Positions 29,193 through 38,771 of a stretch of DNA of 64,000 nt are shown here, in pieces. This DNA comes from an uncultured delta proteobacterium (GTDB taxonomy: Bacteria > Myxococcota_A > Polyangia > Polyangiales > Polyangiaceae). The position numbers and the translations under genes were made by a program. The notes beneath the pieces are model-generated. The model saw nothing but the letters and a program-made list of their open reading frames with translations. It was not told the DNA's origin and did no database searches. The stretch spans positions 2,752,001 through 2,816,000 of the forward strand of contig CAWDXG010000004.1 in the NCBI GenBank assembly GCA_963806225.1. The letters run 5' to 3'. Position 1 is the stretch's first letter. Every line of letters begins with the position of its first letter.

Positions 29193-30242
29193 TCAATCGG
29201 CGCGCTGGACGAGATAGAAGAAGTCGCGGGTCGACGGACGGCTCACGTACTCACCGGGACGGTGCTTGATTTCTGGTATCAGCGTGCCGCTCACTCTGGG
29301 CGGCCCCGCGTCGGCGGAAGCGCCGAACAGGATGAAGCGGGTGTAGGACCAGTTGATATCGAGCTCCGCAACATCCTCGGCACCCGCGGCCAGCATCGCG
29401 CGCGAAAGGCCGCGCGGCGTGACCCACTCGCCCAGCCCGTACAGGAGCACCCGCCCGCCGTCGCGCGTGCCCACTGCGGAGCGACGGATGTCCTGCTTGC
29501 CCTTGGCATTCATGCCCCAGCGGCGGCGCTTCCAGGCGTTGTCGAGGTCGGCGCTCGGCTGGCCCTGCCGGGCCAGGCAGGGCGGTGTCTGGCGCCAGGC
29601 AGCGAGCCCCGCGTGATCGAGCTCGCTGAAGCGTCCGATACGGACCCGTCTGTCGTAGAGCGCCACCGTGCAGCTGTGGTCCTTTTTCGGTGGAATGAAG
29701 ACCTGTGAGCCGACCGCCATGCCATAGCCGCCGTGCCGGGCCTTGAAACCTCCATTGAAGACGGCGAGGAGCCGGCTCTGCTCGGCAGCCGGCACCAGCC
29801 CGCTGCGTTGGTCGCGCGGCACGCTCTTCGACTCCGGTTCCTGCGTGCCCGCCACGAGCTTCACCCCCACCCGTTCGAGATCGATGGCCACGATCGCGAC
29901 GTAGACGAACTTCTTGAACGCATGCGGATGCACGACGGTCCGCACCATCCCATCGGCGCCGGGCGAGAGCGGCACCCAGATTCCGTCGCCGTCGGCGGCA
30001 GTGCGTTCCACCGGGGGTTTGAACGCGGGCGGCGGGAACGCCACACGCGACGGAGCGGCGTCCGTCGCGCCGTCGCTACCGGCGTCGTGGATCGGAGCGC
30101 TCGCGCTGGGCGGCGGAGCGGGACGCGGCGACGAGTGCACGGGGGGCGCTGGGGCGCGCCGCGCCGGGGCGGGCTGCGGCGACGCAGGCGCGCACCCGAC
30201 GCACAGCGCACCGAGCGCCGCGAGCGCCATCGAACTCTGCAC
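29193..30242 (-). CDS. Lipoprotein, phosphodiester-glycosidase-like (NAGPA/DUF2233) fold
   Basis: CVGC lipobox, Pro linker, AVFNGGF, RRSAVG, AGAEDVAELD. Confidence 0.6.
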   Translation of the reverse strand: MQSSMALAALGALCVGCAPASPQPAPARRAPAPPVHSSPRPAPPPSASAPIHDAGSDGATDAAPSRVAFPPPAFKPPVERTAADGDGIWVPLSPGADGMVRTVVHPHAFKKFVYVAIVAIDLERVGVKLVAGTQEPESKSVPRDQRSGLVPAAEQSRLLAVFNGGFKARHGGYGMAVGSQVFIPPKKDHSCTVALYDRRVRIGRFSELDHAGLAAWRQTPPCLARQGQPSADLDNAWKRRRWGMNAKGKQDIRRSAVGTRDGGRVLLYGLGEWVTPRGLSRAMLAAGAEDVAELDINWSYTRFILFGASADAGPPRVSGTLIPEIKHRPGEYVSRPSTRDFFYLVQRAD

Positions 30243-30245
30243 GGC

Positions 30246-30641
30246 TCAGCTCTTCCCGGGCTCGAAGTCCAGGCACACGGAGTTGATGCAGTAGCGCTGG
30301 CCCGTCGGACGCGGCCCGTCGTCGAACACGTGTCCGAGGTGCGCGTCGCAACGCGCACACAGCACCTCGGTGCGCCGCATCCCGTGGCTCGTGTCGGTCT
30401 CGTAGCGCACGTTGCCCTCGACCGGCGCGGTGAAGCTCGGCCAGCCGCAGCCGGAGTCGAACTTGGTCTCCGAGCTGAAGAGCTCGTTGCCACAGCACAC
30501 GCAGTGGTAGTTACCGGTCTCCTTGTGCTGGTAGAAGCGGCCGGAGAACGGCCGCTCCGTGCCCTTCTTCCGCGCTACCGCGTACGCTTCCTCACCCAGC
30601 TGCTCGCGCCACTCGGCGTCGGTCTTTTCCAGCTTGTCCAT
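30246..30641 (-). CDS. msrB: Peptide-methionine (R)-S-oxide reductase
   Basis: [41 protein letters not shown]. Confidence 0.97.
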   Translation of the reverse strand: MDKLEKTDAEWREQLGEEAYAVARKKGTERPFSGRFYQHKETGNYHCVCCGNELFSSETKFDSGCGWPSFTAPVEGNVRYETDTSHGMRRTEVLCARCDAHLGHVFDDGPRPTGQRYCINSVCLDFEPGKS

Positions 30642-30644
30642 CGA

Positions 30645-33089
30645 TCAGATCTTCAGCTTCAGGGGCAAGTCCATGGCGTCGTCGGCGTTCTTCTCGTCGT
30701 ACAGGAACGTATAGGCCGCGCGGCTCGCGAGCACCCGCTTGGTATAGCGCCGCGTCTCGCGGAACGGGATGAGCTCGACCCACACGTCGAAGTCCAGGCT
30801 GGGCCGGTCGTGCAGCCAGCGCCTCGGGCGTCCCGGCCCGGCGTTGTAGGCCGGGATGGCGAGTAGCGGGTTGTTCGAGAATCGGTTGCCCAGCTTGGCC
30901 AGCGCGTGCGACCCAAGCGTGATGTTCACAGCCGGGCGCTCGAGCGAACGGGCGTCGTAGGGCAGCCCCAGCGGGCGCGCGTAGAGCCTCGCCGTGGGTA
31001 CGATCAGCTGCATCAGCCCGTAGGCGTTGGCCGGGCTCTCTGCGCGTGGATCGAACGCCGACTCCTCGCGCATCACAGCGTAGATCAGTGTCTCGGGCAC
31101 GCCGGTCCGCTTCGCCTCGCGTTCGACCACCGCGTGGTAGGGCCGCGGGAACGCCAGCTTCCAGGCCTTCACCCAGTCGCCGGCGGGCCAGCGCCCGAGC
31201 CAATCCGTGAGGAGCCCGCGAGCCACGGCGTGCGAAAGCTTCGCCGAGCCGGCGCGGGAATACAGAAGCGCGAGCCCCCACAGGATCTCCGGCGCAGCGC
31301 CGGGCCGGGCGATGCCCAGCGCCTGGATCTCGCGCTGCGCCAGCTCGAGCTCGCCCTGGCGCAACAGTTCCATCGCGCGGCGGAAGCCGGGGGTATCGAA
31401 CTCCGGCCGGTACTCGAAGGAGAACGGCGACTGCTTCGAGCGCTGGATGCCTGCCTCGAGCGCCTGCTTCGCCCGGCTCGGGTCGAGCGCTACCAGATGC
31501 GAGTAGGCCTGGAGCATGTAGTACGAAAGTGGCAGCTCGCGGATGATCGCCGCGAGCTCCTTCTCGCCGCGTTGCTTCTCGCCCGTCGCTATCCACGCGC
31601 GCGCGCGGAAGTAGCGCTCGCGCCCCGCGAACTCCGTGCCCCGCCGGGAGTCCTGCTTCGTCGCGAGCGTGGCGGCGCGGTCCAGCACGGACGCCGCGCC
31701 GGACCAGTCCCCCTTCTCGATGCGGCGCATGGCGAGGCGGAACACGCCGTCGAGCACCATGTCGCCGTCGGGATAGTCGTCCGGCATGCTGCTGAGCAGC
31801 TGGGTGAAGCGCGCCTCGACGCCCAGCTCGTAGTAGCTGAAGGCCTCGTGCATGCGTGCGTCGTCGGCAAGGCGGTGATGCGGCAGCTCCTTCTGCAGCT
31901 GTTCGTAGCGCTTGACCGCCAGCATCTGCCGCCCATCGGACGCGGCGTAGCGGCCCGCGAGATACAGGAGCCGCGCGCGAATGTCGTCGCCCTTGCAGAA
32001 GCGGATCGGCTTGGCGAACGAGTCGGTGGCATCTCCGTACTTGTGCTTCATCGCCAGCGCCTTGGCGCGCAGCACGGCCACCTCGCAGCCGACGCTGCTC
32101 CAGCGCTGCTTTTTCGGAAGCGACTTCAACAGCCGGTCCGCCGCTTTCCCGGCGCCGTCGTCCTGACCGGCACCGAGCAGCGCCTTGACCCGGATGAGCT
32201 GGTCCTCCGGCGTCAGCGGCGCGAGCTTCGAGCGCAGCTTCTGCGGCAGCATGGTGAGCGCGCGCTTCTCGAGTGCCTGGGCGCGCCCCAGCGCGTCGCT
32301 GCCCGAGCCCGTGTTCTCGAGATCCACGCGGCGCGCAAGCCGGAGCGCCTCCGCTGTGTCCTCCTGGGGCGCGGGCGCCGCGTCCCCTGCGTCGGCGCGC
32401 TTCGCAGCGTCGGGCTTTTTGGCATTGTCCGCTGCCCGGTCGAGCAGCGCGCCGGCGAGCTTCAGCGACACGTCCACTCGATCGGAAACGTCGTCTCCGC
32501 TTTGCAGATGCTGTCGCCAGGTCTTGATCGCCAGGTCGTGGTCGCCGTTCCGGTCAGCAGCCTCGGCGATGAGCAGTCGCGTCTCGTCGGCGAGCGGCTC
32601 GTCGAGCCGGACGTGACCGAGCCGTTCAAGCGCCGTGCCCACGTGCCCGGAGCGCAAGAGCACGCGCCCCGCGCCGAGCCAGGCATAGCTCGACAGCGGC
32701 CAATCGGCGGCTGCCGCCAGCTCGTACGAAGCCGCCGCACCGCGCAGGTCCCCCGCCTTCTCGCGCAGCCGCGCGAGCAGCATCTGCCAGCGAGGCACAT
32801 CCGCGCCGGAGGGCGGGCTCTTGTGCATCGTCTTCATCACCGCGGCGGCGGCGCCTGCCGGGTTGCCCTGCGCCAGCAGGCGTCCCGCGGGCGCCAGGGG
32901 CGGCGTCGACAGCAGCGGCGAGAACTTCTCGAGCGACAGCAGCGGGTTGCTCCCCGCATCCGCCTTGGCCTCGACGCTGTGCACGGCGGGCGGCGCGGCG
33001 GTGAGCGGCGTGGCGATCGGCGAAGGCGGCGGCGGGCGCTGTCCCGAACACGCCACCGAGACCAAGACGAGCGGCAGCAGGCGTCGCAT
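30645..33089 (-). CDS. Soluble lytic murein transglycosylase (Slt family) lipoprotein with TPR scaffold
   Basis: SVAC lipobox; REESAF, GLMQL, AYNAGPG, ETRRYTKRV. Confidence 0.92.
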   Translation of the reverse strand: MRRLLPLVLVSVACSGQRPPPPSPIATPLTAAPPAVHSVEAKADAGSNPLLSLEKFSPLLSTPPLAPAGRLLAQGNPAGAAAAVMKTMHKSPPSGADVPRWQMLLARLREKAGDLRGAAASYELAAAADWPLSSYAWLGAGRVLLRSGHVGTALERLGHVRLDEPLADETRLLIAEAADRNGDHDLAIKTWRQHLQSGDDVSDRVDVSLKLAGALLDRAADNAKKPDAAKRADAGDAAPAPQEDTAEALRLARRVDLENTGSGSDALGRAQALEKRALTMLPQKLRSKLAPLTPEDQLIRVKALLGAGQDDGAGKAADRLLKSLPKKQRWSSVGCEVAVLRAKALAMKHKYGDATDSFAKPIRFCKGDDIRARLLYLAGRYAASDGRQMLAVKRYEQLQKELPHHRLADDARMHEAFSYYELGVEARFTQLLSSMPDDYPDGDMVLDGVFRLAMRRIEKGDWSGAASVLDRAATLATKQDSRRGTEFAGRERYFRARAWIATGEKQRGEKELAAIIRELPLSYYMLQAYSHLVALDPSRAKQALEAGIQRSKQSPFSFEYRPEFDTPGFRRAMELLRQGELELAQREIQALGIARPGAAPEILWGLALLYSRAGSAKLSHAVARGLLTDWLGRWPAGDWVKAWKLAFPRPYHAVVEREAKRTGVPETLIYAVMREESAFDPRAESPANAYGLMQLIVPTARLYARPLGLPYDARSLERPAVNITLGSHALAKLGNRFSNNPLLAIPAYNAGPGRPRRWLHDRPSLDFDVWVELIPFRETRRYTKRVLASRAAYTFLYDEKNADDAMDLPLKLKI

Positions 33090-33586
33090 CAGCGCTTTCC
33101 CGGCTCGCTCCGTCGCCGGCGGGCCTCCCACACCTCGCCGGCCGCTTCTTCCTGCTCCGCCTCCACGCGCGCATCGAGCTCGCGCTGCCAGCCTTCGCGG
33201 TGCTTGTCGACCGCTTTCGCTTCGGCGTCCGCCGAAGCCAGCTCCCCTCGCGCCACCGCCTCGGCGCGCGCCTGCTCGGCAGCGCGGTCGCGCTCCCGCC
33301 GCTCGCGCTCTTCCGCTTTCGAGACGCGCTCCGCCGCGCCAACGGAAAAGCTCGCCGCCTGCTGCAGGTCGCCGACGCGCGCCCCACCCTGCTCGATCCG
33401 CTCCCGCTCGGCGCGCTCCACCTCACGGGTCCGCGCCTGCTCGCCTTTTACGGCGCGGTCGGCAGCCGCCGCCCGCTCTTTCGCCTGCTGGGTCCGGCGC
33501 GCCTGCTCGGCGACCTCGAGCGCGCGCTCGTCCACGGCCCGGCGGCGCATCCAGCGTAGCGATTCGAGCGGATAGCGCCGCTTCAT
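33089..33586 (-). CDS. Coiled-coil protein resembling FliJ/YscO(SctO)
   Basis: N-terminal YPLESL..MR, all-helical and charged, ends W...EQEEA; TGATG overlap with the slt start. Confidence 0.55.
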   Translation of the reverse strand: MKRRYPLESLRWMRRRAVDERALEVAEQARRTQQAKERAAAADRAVKGEQARTREVERAERERIEQGGARVGDLQQAASFSVGAAERVSKAEERERRERDRAAEQARAEAVARGELASADAEAKAVDKHREGWQRELDARVEAEQEEAAGEVWEARRRRSEPGKR

Positions 33587-33797
33587 GCTGCCGTCCCCAT
33601 CGCGCGCATCAAGCCCACATCCCCGACCCTACCGCATGGTCCGGGGCTGGGCGACTTAGCGGCCGGCGGGACGGCCCTGCTACTTTGGGCCGCAGGGCCG
33701 GAAGCTATGCCGATCTCTAGTGGGGGGTCCTGGCAGCCGCTCCACACCGCGGATACGCCACACCCGCGCCGCGCTCGTGCGCCCGGCTTCGTCGCAG

Positions 33798-36194
33798 CTA
33801 GGCCGGGCCCTGGATCGAGCAGAAGCCGTTGATGCACACGTTCGTACTGTCGCAGCAGTCCGCGGACGTAGTGCACTTTTCCTGCGGCTTGGAGCAGTTG
33901 TTGTTCGGCTTGTTCTTGGTGCACGAAAGCGAGCCGCTCGACGGGTCCGGCTCGCAATAGCCGTTGCAGCACTGGTCACCGGACTGGCACGACTGGCCGT
34001 CGGCACGGCACGGATCCAGCACCCAGAAGGCGCGCATGTTGCCGGCGAGCAGCTCCTGCGCCGGTAGGTAGAACGCCGGATGGCTGGGATCGGTTCCGTT
34101 CTTTCCGGTCAGATCCACCGCCGACACCCAGAGCTTCTTCGGCGTGATGTTCTTCACCAGGTCGACGCCGCGCGGGTCGCTGCAGAAGGGCGGAATGTCC
34201 GCCACGTTGCCGTACATGCGCCGGCTGGTGAACACGACCCAGGCATAGCCGCCCGAAGCGACCGGGTTCACGGTCGGCTCGTAGCTCAGGTGCACGTCGT
34301 CACCGTGATCCGGATCGATGTTGCCGACCTGCGAACCGTCGCCGGTACAGCTCATGTTGATGGGCGCGGCGAGCTTGGGCAGGTACGAGTTACCGGACGC
34401 ATCCAGACCGTTGAGTGCGTTCAGCACAGCAACCTGGTTGCCGCTGGCGCTGGTCCAGGCGATCTCCCCCTTGGAGCCCTTGCGCGTGCGCAGATCGCCG
34501 CCGCCGTTGCCGTCGAGTCCGGCCTTGGTCTGCGAATCGAACACGATCGACTTTCCGTCGGGGAAGAACGCCGGCCACCCGGGCCGGTTGTCGGCGGGCT
34601 TGCCCGTTTCGTCGACGACCTCGACCGGGTTCGAGAAGGTGTTCGTCGTGGCGTCGAAGTCCATCACCACGAGCTTCTGCGTCGGGTTCGTGACGCCCGG
34701 CCCCGCCATCGGGTTGAACACGACCTTCTTGCCGTCGGGCGAGAACGCCGGAGTCCCGAGGTTGGTCGACACGCTGGCAAGCCCCGTGGGCGTGGTCGGC
34801 GTCGCGCCGCCCGGCAGCGGCAGGAGCTGTCCGGCGGGCGACAGCGCCATCGACCCGTCCGGATAGATGCCCGGGAAGGTGGCGCTGTTGACCATCTTGG
34901 TCTCGGTCGCACCCGACGGCGACAGGTCATAGGCCGAGGTCTGGCCGTAGTTGTCCCCGTCCTGCACCGCCAGGCGCGAGCCATCGGCCGAGACCGAGTG
35001 ACAGACGCGGCACTGCGCCGCGCCGCCGCTCGCGCCGGCCACCAGCTGCGGCGCCGTATCGCCCACGTGGATCGACAGCACCGCGCCGCCGAACATGTGA
35101 TCGCCGCCAACCGCGCCGGGGTAGTTCTTGGCCAGGTTGGTGCCGTACGAGCCGTAGTAGATGATGCCGCTGAGGCGCGCCGGCGCGATGGTCCACGTCT
35201 CGCTGATGGGTCCATACGCGCTGCCGCCCTGCTCCACCCAGAGCTTGACGGTGAGCTGGTTCGGCGCGCCGCTCTGCGTCGTGCCGCCCGCGCTGTCGGT
35301 CGCCATCGCCCAAACGTCCTGGGGGATCGGATGGCGGATGAACTTGCCGCCCGTCTGCTGCAGAATCGCCGGGCGCCCGAACGTGCCGTTCCAGGAGAAG
35401 GAACCGTTGGTCGTCGACAGCTCGATCTGCACCGCGTCGGCGTCGCCGATCGACCAATCCCACATGAGCAGCGGCGCGAGCATGCCACGCGGAAAGACCG
35501 TCTTGTCGTACGGGTACAGGAAGTGCAGGTTCTGCGCCTGCCCATTGCCGGCCGGGCTCTTGAAGGCTCCGAGGATACCCGCGTCGCTCACCTTGCCGCC
35601 CAGGCCCTCGCCGCCCACGCCGCCGATTCCGCCGCCGGCCGTGAGGTCGCCCACCTTGCCGGCGATCTGCGGCGCCTCGTCCGGGTTGTTCGGATCGGCG
35701 CCATTCTGCTGACCGACGATCTTGACCAGCACCTGGCGGTCGAGCGTCTTGCCATTGTAACCGGCCGTGACGGTGACCAGACCGCCGACCTTGCCCGTCG
35801 GGGTCAGATCGGCGCTACTCGCCGGCGCCGACGGCACGGTGCCGATGCTGCCGCGATCGACCGTCCAGGCCGCGCTGACGGGCTTGCCGTCGACCGTCGC
35901 CTTGTAGGTCACGGTCGGCGTGGTCTGTCCGGCGACGACGGTGATCGTCTGCAGCGTGGCCGGCTGCACGTCGAAGCCGTGCGCCGCATCGCTCTGGTTC
36001 CCACTGTCGAAGTTGATCACAACGTCGCCGCCGCCGGTATCCCCCGGTCCCCCGTCGGCCGGCCCGCCCTCGTGCGCGCCGCCATCCTGCGGATTCGCGA
36101 TCCCGCTGCTCGAGCCTCCGCACGCGGCAAACACCGCCGCCACGAACAGCGAAACCCACAGAAGCGCGCCCCAACGATAGAGTCTGCCAAGCAT
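33798..36194 (-). CDS. TolB-like beta-propeller lipoprotein with Cys-rich tail (798 aa)
   Basis: FAAC lipobox; PD40-type repeats PAFSPDGKKVVF, PAFFPDGKSIVF, WVVFTSRR; terminal C..C..CC...C units. Confidence 0.82.
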   Translation of the reverse strand: MLGRLYRWGALLWVSLFVAAVFAACGGSSSGIANPQDGGAHEGGPADGGPGDTGGGDVVINFDSGNQSDAAHGFDVQPATLQTITVVAGQTTPTVTYKATVDGKPVSAAWTVDRGSIGTVPSAPASSADLTPTGKVGGLVTVTAGYNGKTLDRQVLVKIVGQQNGADPNNPDEAPQIAGKVGDLTAGGGIGGVGGEGLGGKVSDAGILGAFKSPAGNGQAQNLHFLYPYDKTVFPRGMLAPLLMWDWSIGDADAVQIELSTTNGSFSWNGTFGRPAILQQTGGKFIRHPIPQDVWAMATDSAGGTTQSGAPNQLTVKLWVEQGGSAYGPISETWTIAPARLSGIIYYGSYGTNLAKNYPGAVGGDHMFGGAVLSIHVGDTAPQLVAGASGGAAQCRVCHSVSADGSRLAVQDGDNYGQTSAYDLSPSGATETKMVNSATFPGIYPDGSMALSPAGQLLPLPGGATPTTPTGLASVSTNLGTPAFSPDGKKVVFNPMAGPGVTNPTQKLVVMDFDATTNTFSNPVEVVDETGKPADNRPGWPAFFPDGKSIVFDSQTKAGLDGNGGGDLRTRKGSKGEIAWTSASGNQVAVLNALNGLDASGNSYLPKLAAPINMSCTGDGSQVGNIDPDHGDDVHLSYEPTVNPVASGGYAWVVFTSRRMYGNVADIPPFCSDPRGVDLVKNITPKKLWVSAVDLTGKNGTDPSHPAFYLPAQELLAGNMRAFWVLDPCRADGQSCQSGDQCCNGYCEPDPSSGSLSCTKNKPNNNCSKPQEKCTTSADCCDSTNVCINGFCSIQGPA

Positions 36195-36246
36195 TGTGCA
36201 GAGTGTACGGGCGGCGCGTACCCCCAGCAAGCGGAGCGCCCGCAAG

Positions 36247-38514
36247 CTAGCCGCGGCGGCTGATCATGATGGTGGCAGAGGGGGATTCACTCGCGATGCG
36301 CAGGGCGACGTCCCCGAACAATCGGCGCCGGCCGACGCGCTGCAGCCCGAGGATCACCAGATCATTCTCCCGCGCCTGCTCCACGATCGCGCCGACGATG
36401 TCGTCGGCGAGCACGACCTGGGTGACGGGTTTGCCCCGCGTCTCGTCCTCGGCCAGCCGCATCAGGTGGCGTCGCGTCTCCTCCTGCTCGTCCTCGGTGG
36501 CAGTCGTCGGCAACACGCCCAGGAAAGTGACCTTGGTGGACTTGCTGCGCGCCAGGCTGCCGATGAGCCGCGCTCTGAGCTCGTCCTGAGCGGAGCGTCC
36601 TCCGACGGGAACCAGGATGCGCGTGGTCTGCTCGAGCCGCCAGCCGGGCGGCGCTCGCAGCACGGCCACGTCGCAATCGACGTCGTTTAGCAGCCCTTCC
36701 AGGTGCTTGCCGCCGTTCTCGTCGTCCGCGCCCATCTTCGACAGACCGACCAGCAGACTCTCGCAGCGGTGTGTGCGCGCCACGCGGCTGATCTCCGCCC
36801 AGGGCGCCGGCGCGATCGTCATGAGCGCTTCGGGCGAGTGCCCGGAAGCGAGCGACGCGGTGAGCGCTTCCGAGAGGGCCTGCTGTGCTGCAACGAGCCG
36901 CGGCGGCGGCTGGCTTTCCTTCACGTTCTCGGGCCGCTGCATGACGCTCAGGAGCAGCACCCGGCCCACCGCCGGCGGCGCGAGCGCGCCCGCCACGGCG
37001 ACCATGGCCGGCGCGCTCCTGGGATTCGCGACAGGCACCAGCACCAGCGGGCTCCGCCCCCTCAGGCGCACCAGATCGGGATCGCGCGCCTGGGTGAACG
37101 CATCGACGGCTTCTGCACGGCTGGCGAAAAGCGCGTAGTAGAGGATCACGCCCAGGCCCAGCCAGATGCCGCCGATCGCGCCCGCGGCCGGCACCGCGAA
37201 GGCCTGGAAGATCGCCATCGCCGCGCAGGCCACGCCGCCCACCACCGGCACGGCGGGGAACCAGGGCGTGCGGAACGGCGACGGCGCATCCCCCGCGCGG
37301 CGCCGCGCCAGGATGCTGGTCCAGTGCGCCAACGCGAACGAGACGAGGAAGATCAAGCTTGCGGCAGCACCCGCCGCCGCCACATCGGGCACCATGAGCA
37401 GGATGCCGACCAGCGCCAGCGCGCTCGCGTAGATGGCCATCACGGGCGTGTGCCGCGTAGCGTGGCTCTGCGACATCACGCGCGGCAGCGTGCGGTCCTT
37501 CGCCATGGTGAGCGCCACCCGCGACGCCGCGAGCAGGTTCGCCTCCAGCGCGGAGAGCGTGGACAGCACCGCGGCGATCACGACCAGCCAATAGCCCACA
37601 GGGCCGAGGTAGTTCCTGACCGCCTCGGCCATCACCGTGCCGGGGTTCTGCTCGCTCATGGTCGTGATGGACACCGAGCCATGCGTGCCCACCGTGGCCA
37701 CGATGAACAGGAGCGGCAGATACACCGCCAGCGCTGCACCCAGCGACAGCAGCATCGCGCGCGGGATGTTGCGCGCCGGTTGCTTCACCTCGCCAGCGAT
37801 GGCCGCCACCAGATCGAAGCCCTGGAGCGCGATGAACGTGAAGCCCATCGCCTTGAGCAGCCCGCCCGCTCCGTGCGGGAAGAACGGCGTCAGGTTCCGG
37901 TGAATCGAGCTGCCCGAATGCTGGGCCATCACCCAGAACCCGGCACCGATCAGGAAGATGAACACCACGACCTTGCCCACGGTGGCCCACTGCCCGCCGC
38001 CGCTGGACTTGCGGATGAGCGAGACCGTGTAACCCGCCGTGGCGACGATCGCGAGCAGCACTGCCGCTCGATGCGTCCCGAGCAGCGCGGGCGCGTGACC
38101 GGCGGCGAGCCGCCATAGCTCGGCCACCATGAGCAGCGCGTACTCGGCGAAGCCGAGCGCGTAGAGCACGCCCGCGACGATGTACGCGAACCACAGCACC
38201 CACCCCACGCCGAACGCCGCGCGCACGCTCAGCACCTTCTTGGCGAAGGTGTAGGCGCCGCCCGACTCGGGGAACGTGGCGGACATCTCCGCGAAGCTCA
38301 GCGCCGTGAGGATCGCGATGACGCCGTTGACCGCGAAGGCGATGATGGCGGCGGGACCGGTGGCGGCAAACGCAGCGCCCGCCAGGACCAGGATGCCGCC
38401 ACCGACAATGGCCCCCACTCCGACGCCGGTAGCGCCGAGTAGCCCGATGTGCCGGCGGCTGCCCGGGATCGATCGGCGGGACGAGGGGATTCCTGAGGGT
38501 GTTGCGTCTTCCAT
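36247..38514 (-). CDS. APC-family amino-acid permease fused to universal-stress (USP) domains
   Basis: GAIVGGGI, GGAYTF, GFD..A..AGEVK.P.RNIP; C-terminal VLVPVANP and RILVPVGG...DLVILG. Confidence 0.92.
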   Translation of the reverse strand: MEDATPSGIPSSRRSIPGSRRHIGLLGATGVGVGAIVGGGILVLAGAAFAATGPAAIIAFAVNGVIAILTALSFAEMSATFPESGGAYTFAKKVLSVRAAFGVGWVLWFAYIVAGVLYALGFAEYALLMVAELWRLAAGHAPALLGTHRAAVLLAIVATAGYTVSLIRKSSGGGQWATVGKVVVFIFLIGAGFWVMAQHSGSSIHRNLTPFFPHGAGGLLKAMGFTFIALQGFDLVAAIAGEVKQPARNIPRAMLLSLGAALAVYLPLLFIVATVGTHGSVSITTMSEQNPGTVMAEAVRNYLGPVGYWLVVIAAVLSTLSALEANLLAASRVALTMAKDRTLPRVMSQSHATRHTPVMAIYASALALVGILLMVPDVAAAGAAASLIFLVSFALAHWTSILARRRAGDAPSPFRTPWFPAVPVVGGVACAAMAIFQAFAVPAAGAIGGIWLGLGVILYYALFASRAEAVDAFTQARDPDLVRLRGRSPLVLVPVANPRSAPAMVAVAGALAPPAVGRVLLLSVMQRPENVKESQPPPRLVAAQQALSEALTASLASGHSPEALMTIAPAPWAEISRVARTHRCESLLVGLSKMGADDENGGKHLEGLLNDVDCDVAVLRAPPGWRLEQTTRILVPVGGRSAQDELRARLIGSLARSKSTKVTFLGVLPTTATEDEQEETRRHLMRLAEDETRGKPVTQVVLADDIVGAIVEQARENDLVILGLQRVGRRRLFGDVALRIASESPSATIMISRRG

Positions 38515-38586
38515 CCGCTCGGGGCCTCTCGTCGTGCCCGGCGCGCGAGTATATCAGTCACCACAACGCCTGAAATTCCTGCAAAC

Positions 38587-38622
38587 GTAGCAGAATGCCA
38601 CACATTTGTGTCATTTTGCTAC
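38587..38622. promoter_or_regulatory. 16-bp imperfect inverted repeat, candidate transcription-factor operator
   Basis: GTAGCAGAATGCCACA-catt-TGTGTCATTTTGCTAC (14/16 match); AT-rich; between the divergent APC and chitinase genes. Confidence 0.6.
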
Positions 38623-38771
38623 AGTTGCGAGCACTGAACGGGGTGCCGCGCGTAGTGGGGCGCGGAGGTGACACAGCAGCCATGGTGCTCGGACACGTCC
38701 CCCTGGCTGCCACCGACTGCGCCTTCCACGCCCCGCCGACACGTAACCTATGATGCGGCTCCGGAGGCAGC

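Noticed and set aside
30906..36263. 889-aa and 727-aa plus-strand ORFs
   Set aside because: Antisense to the transglycosylase and propeller genes; no motifs.
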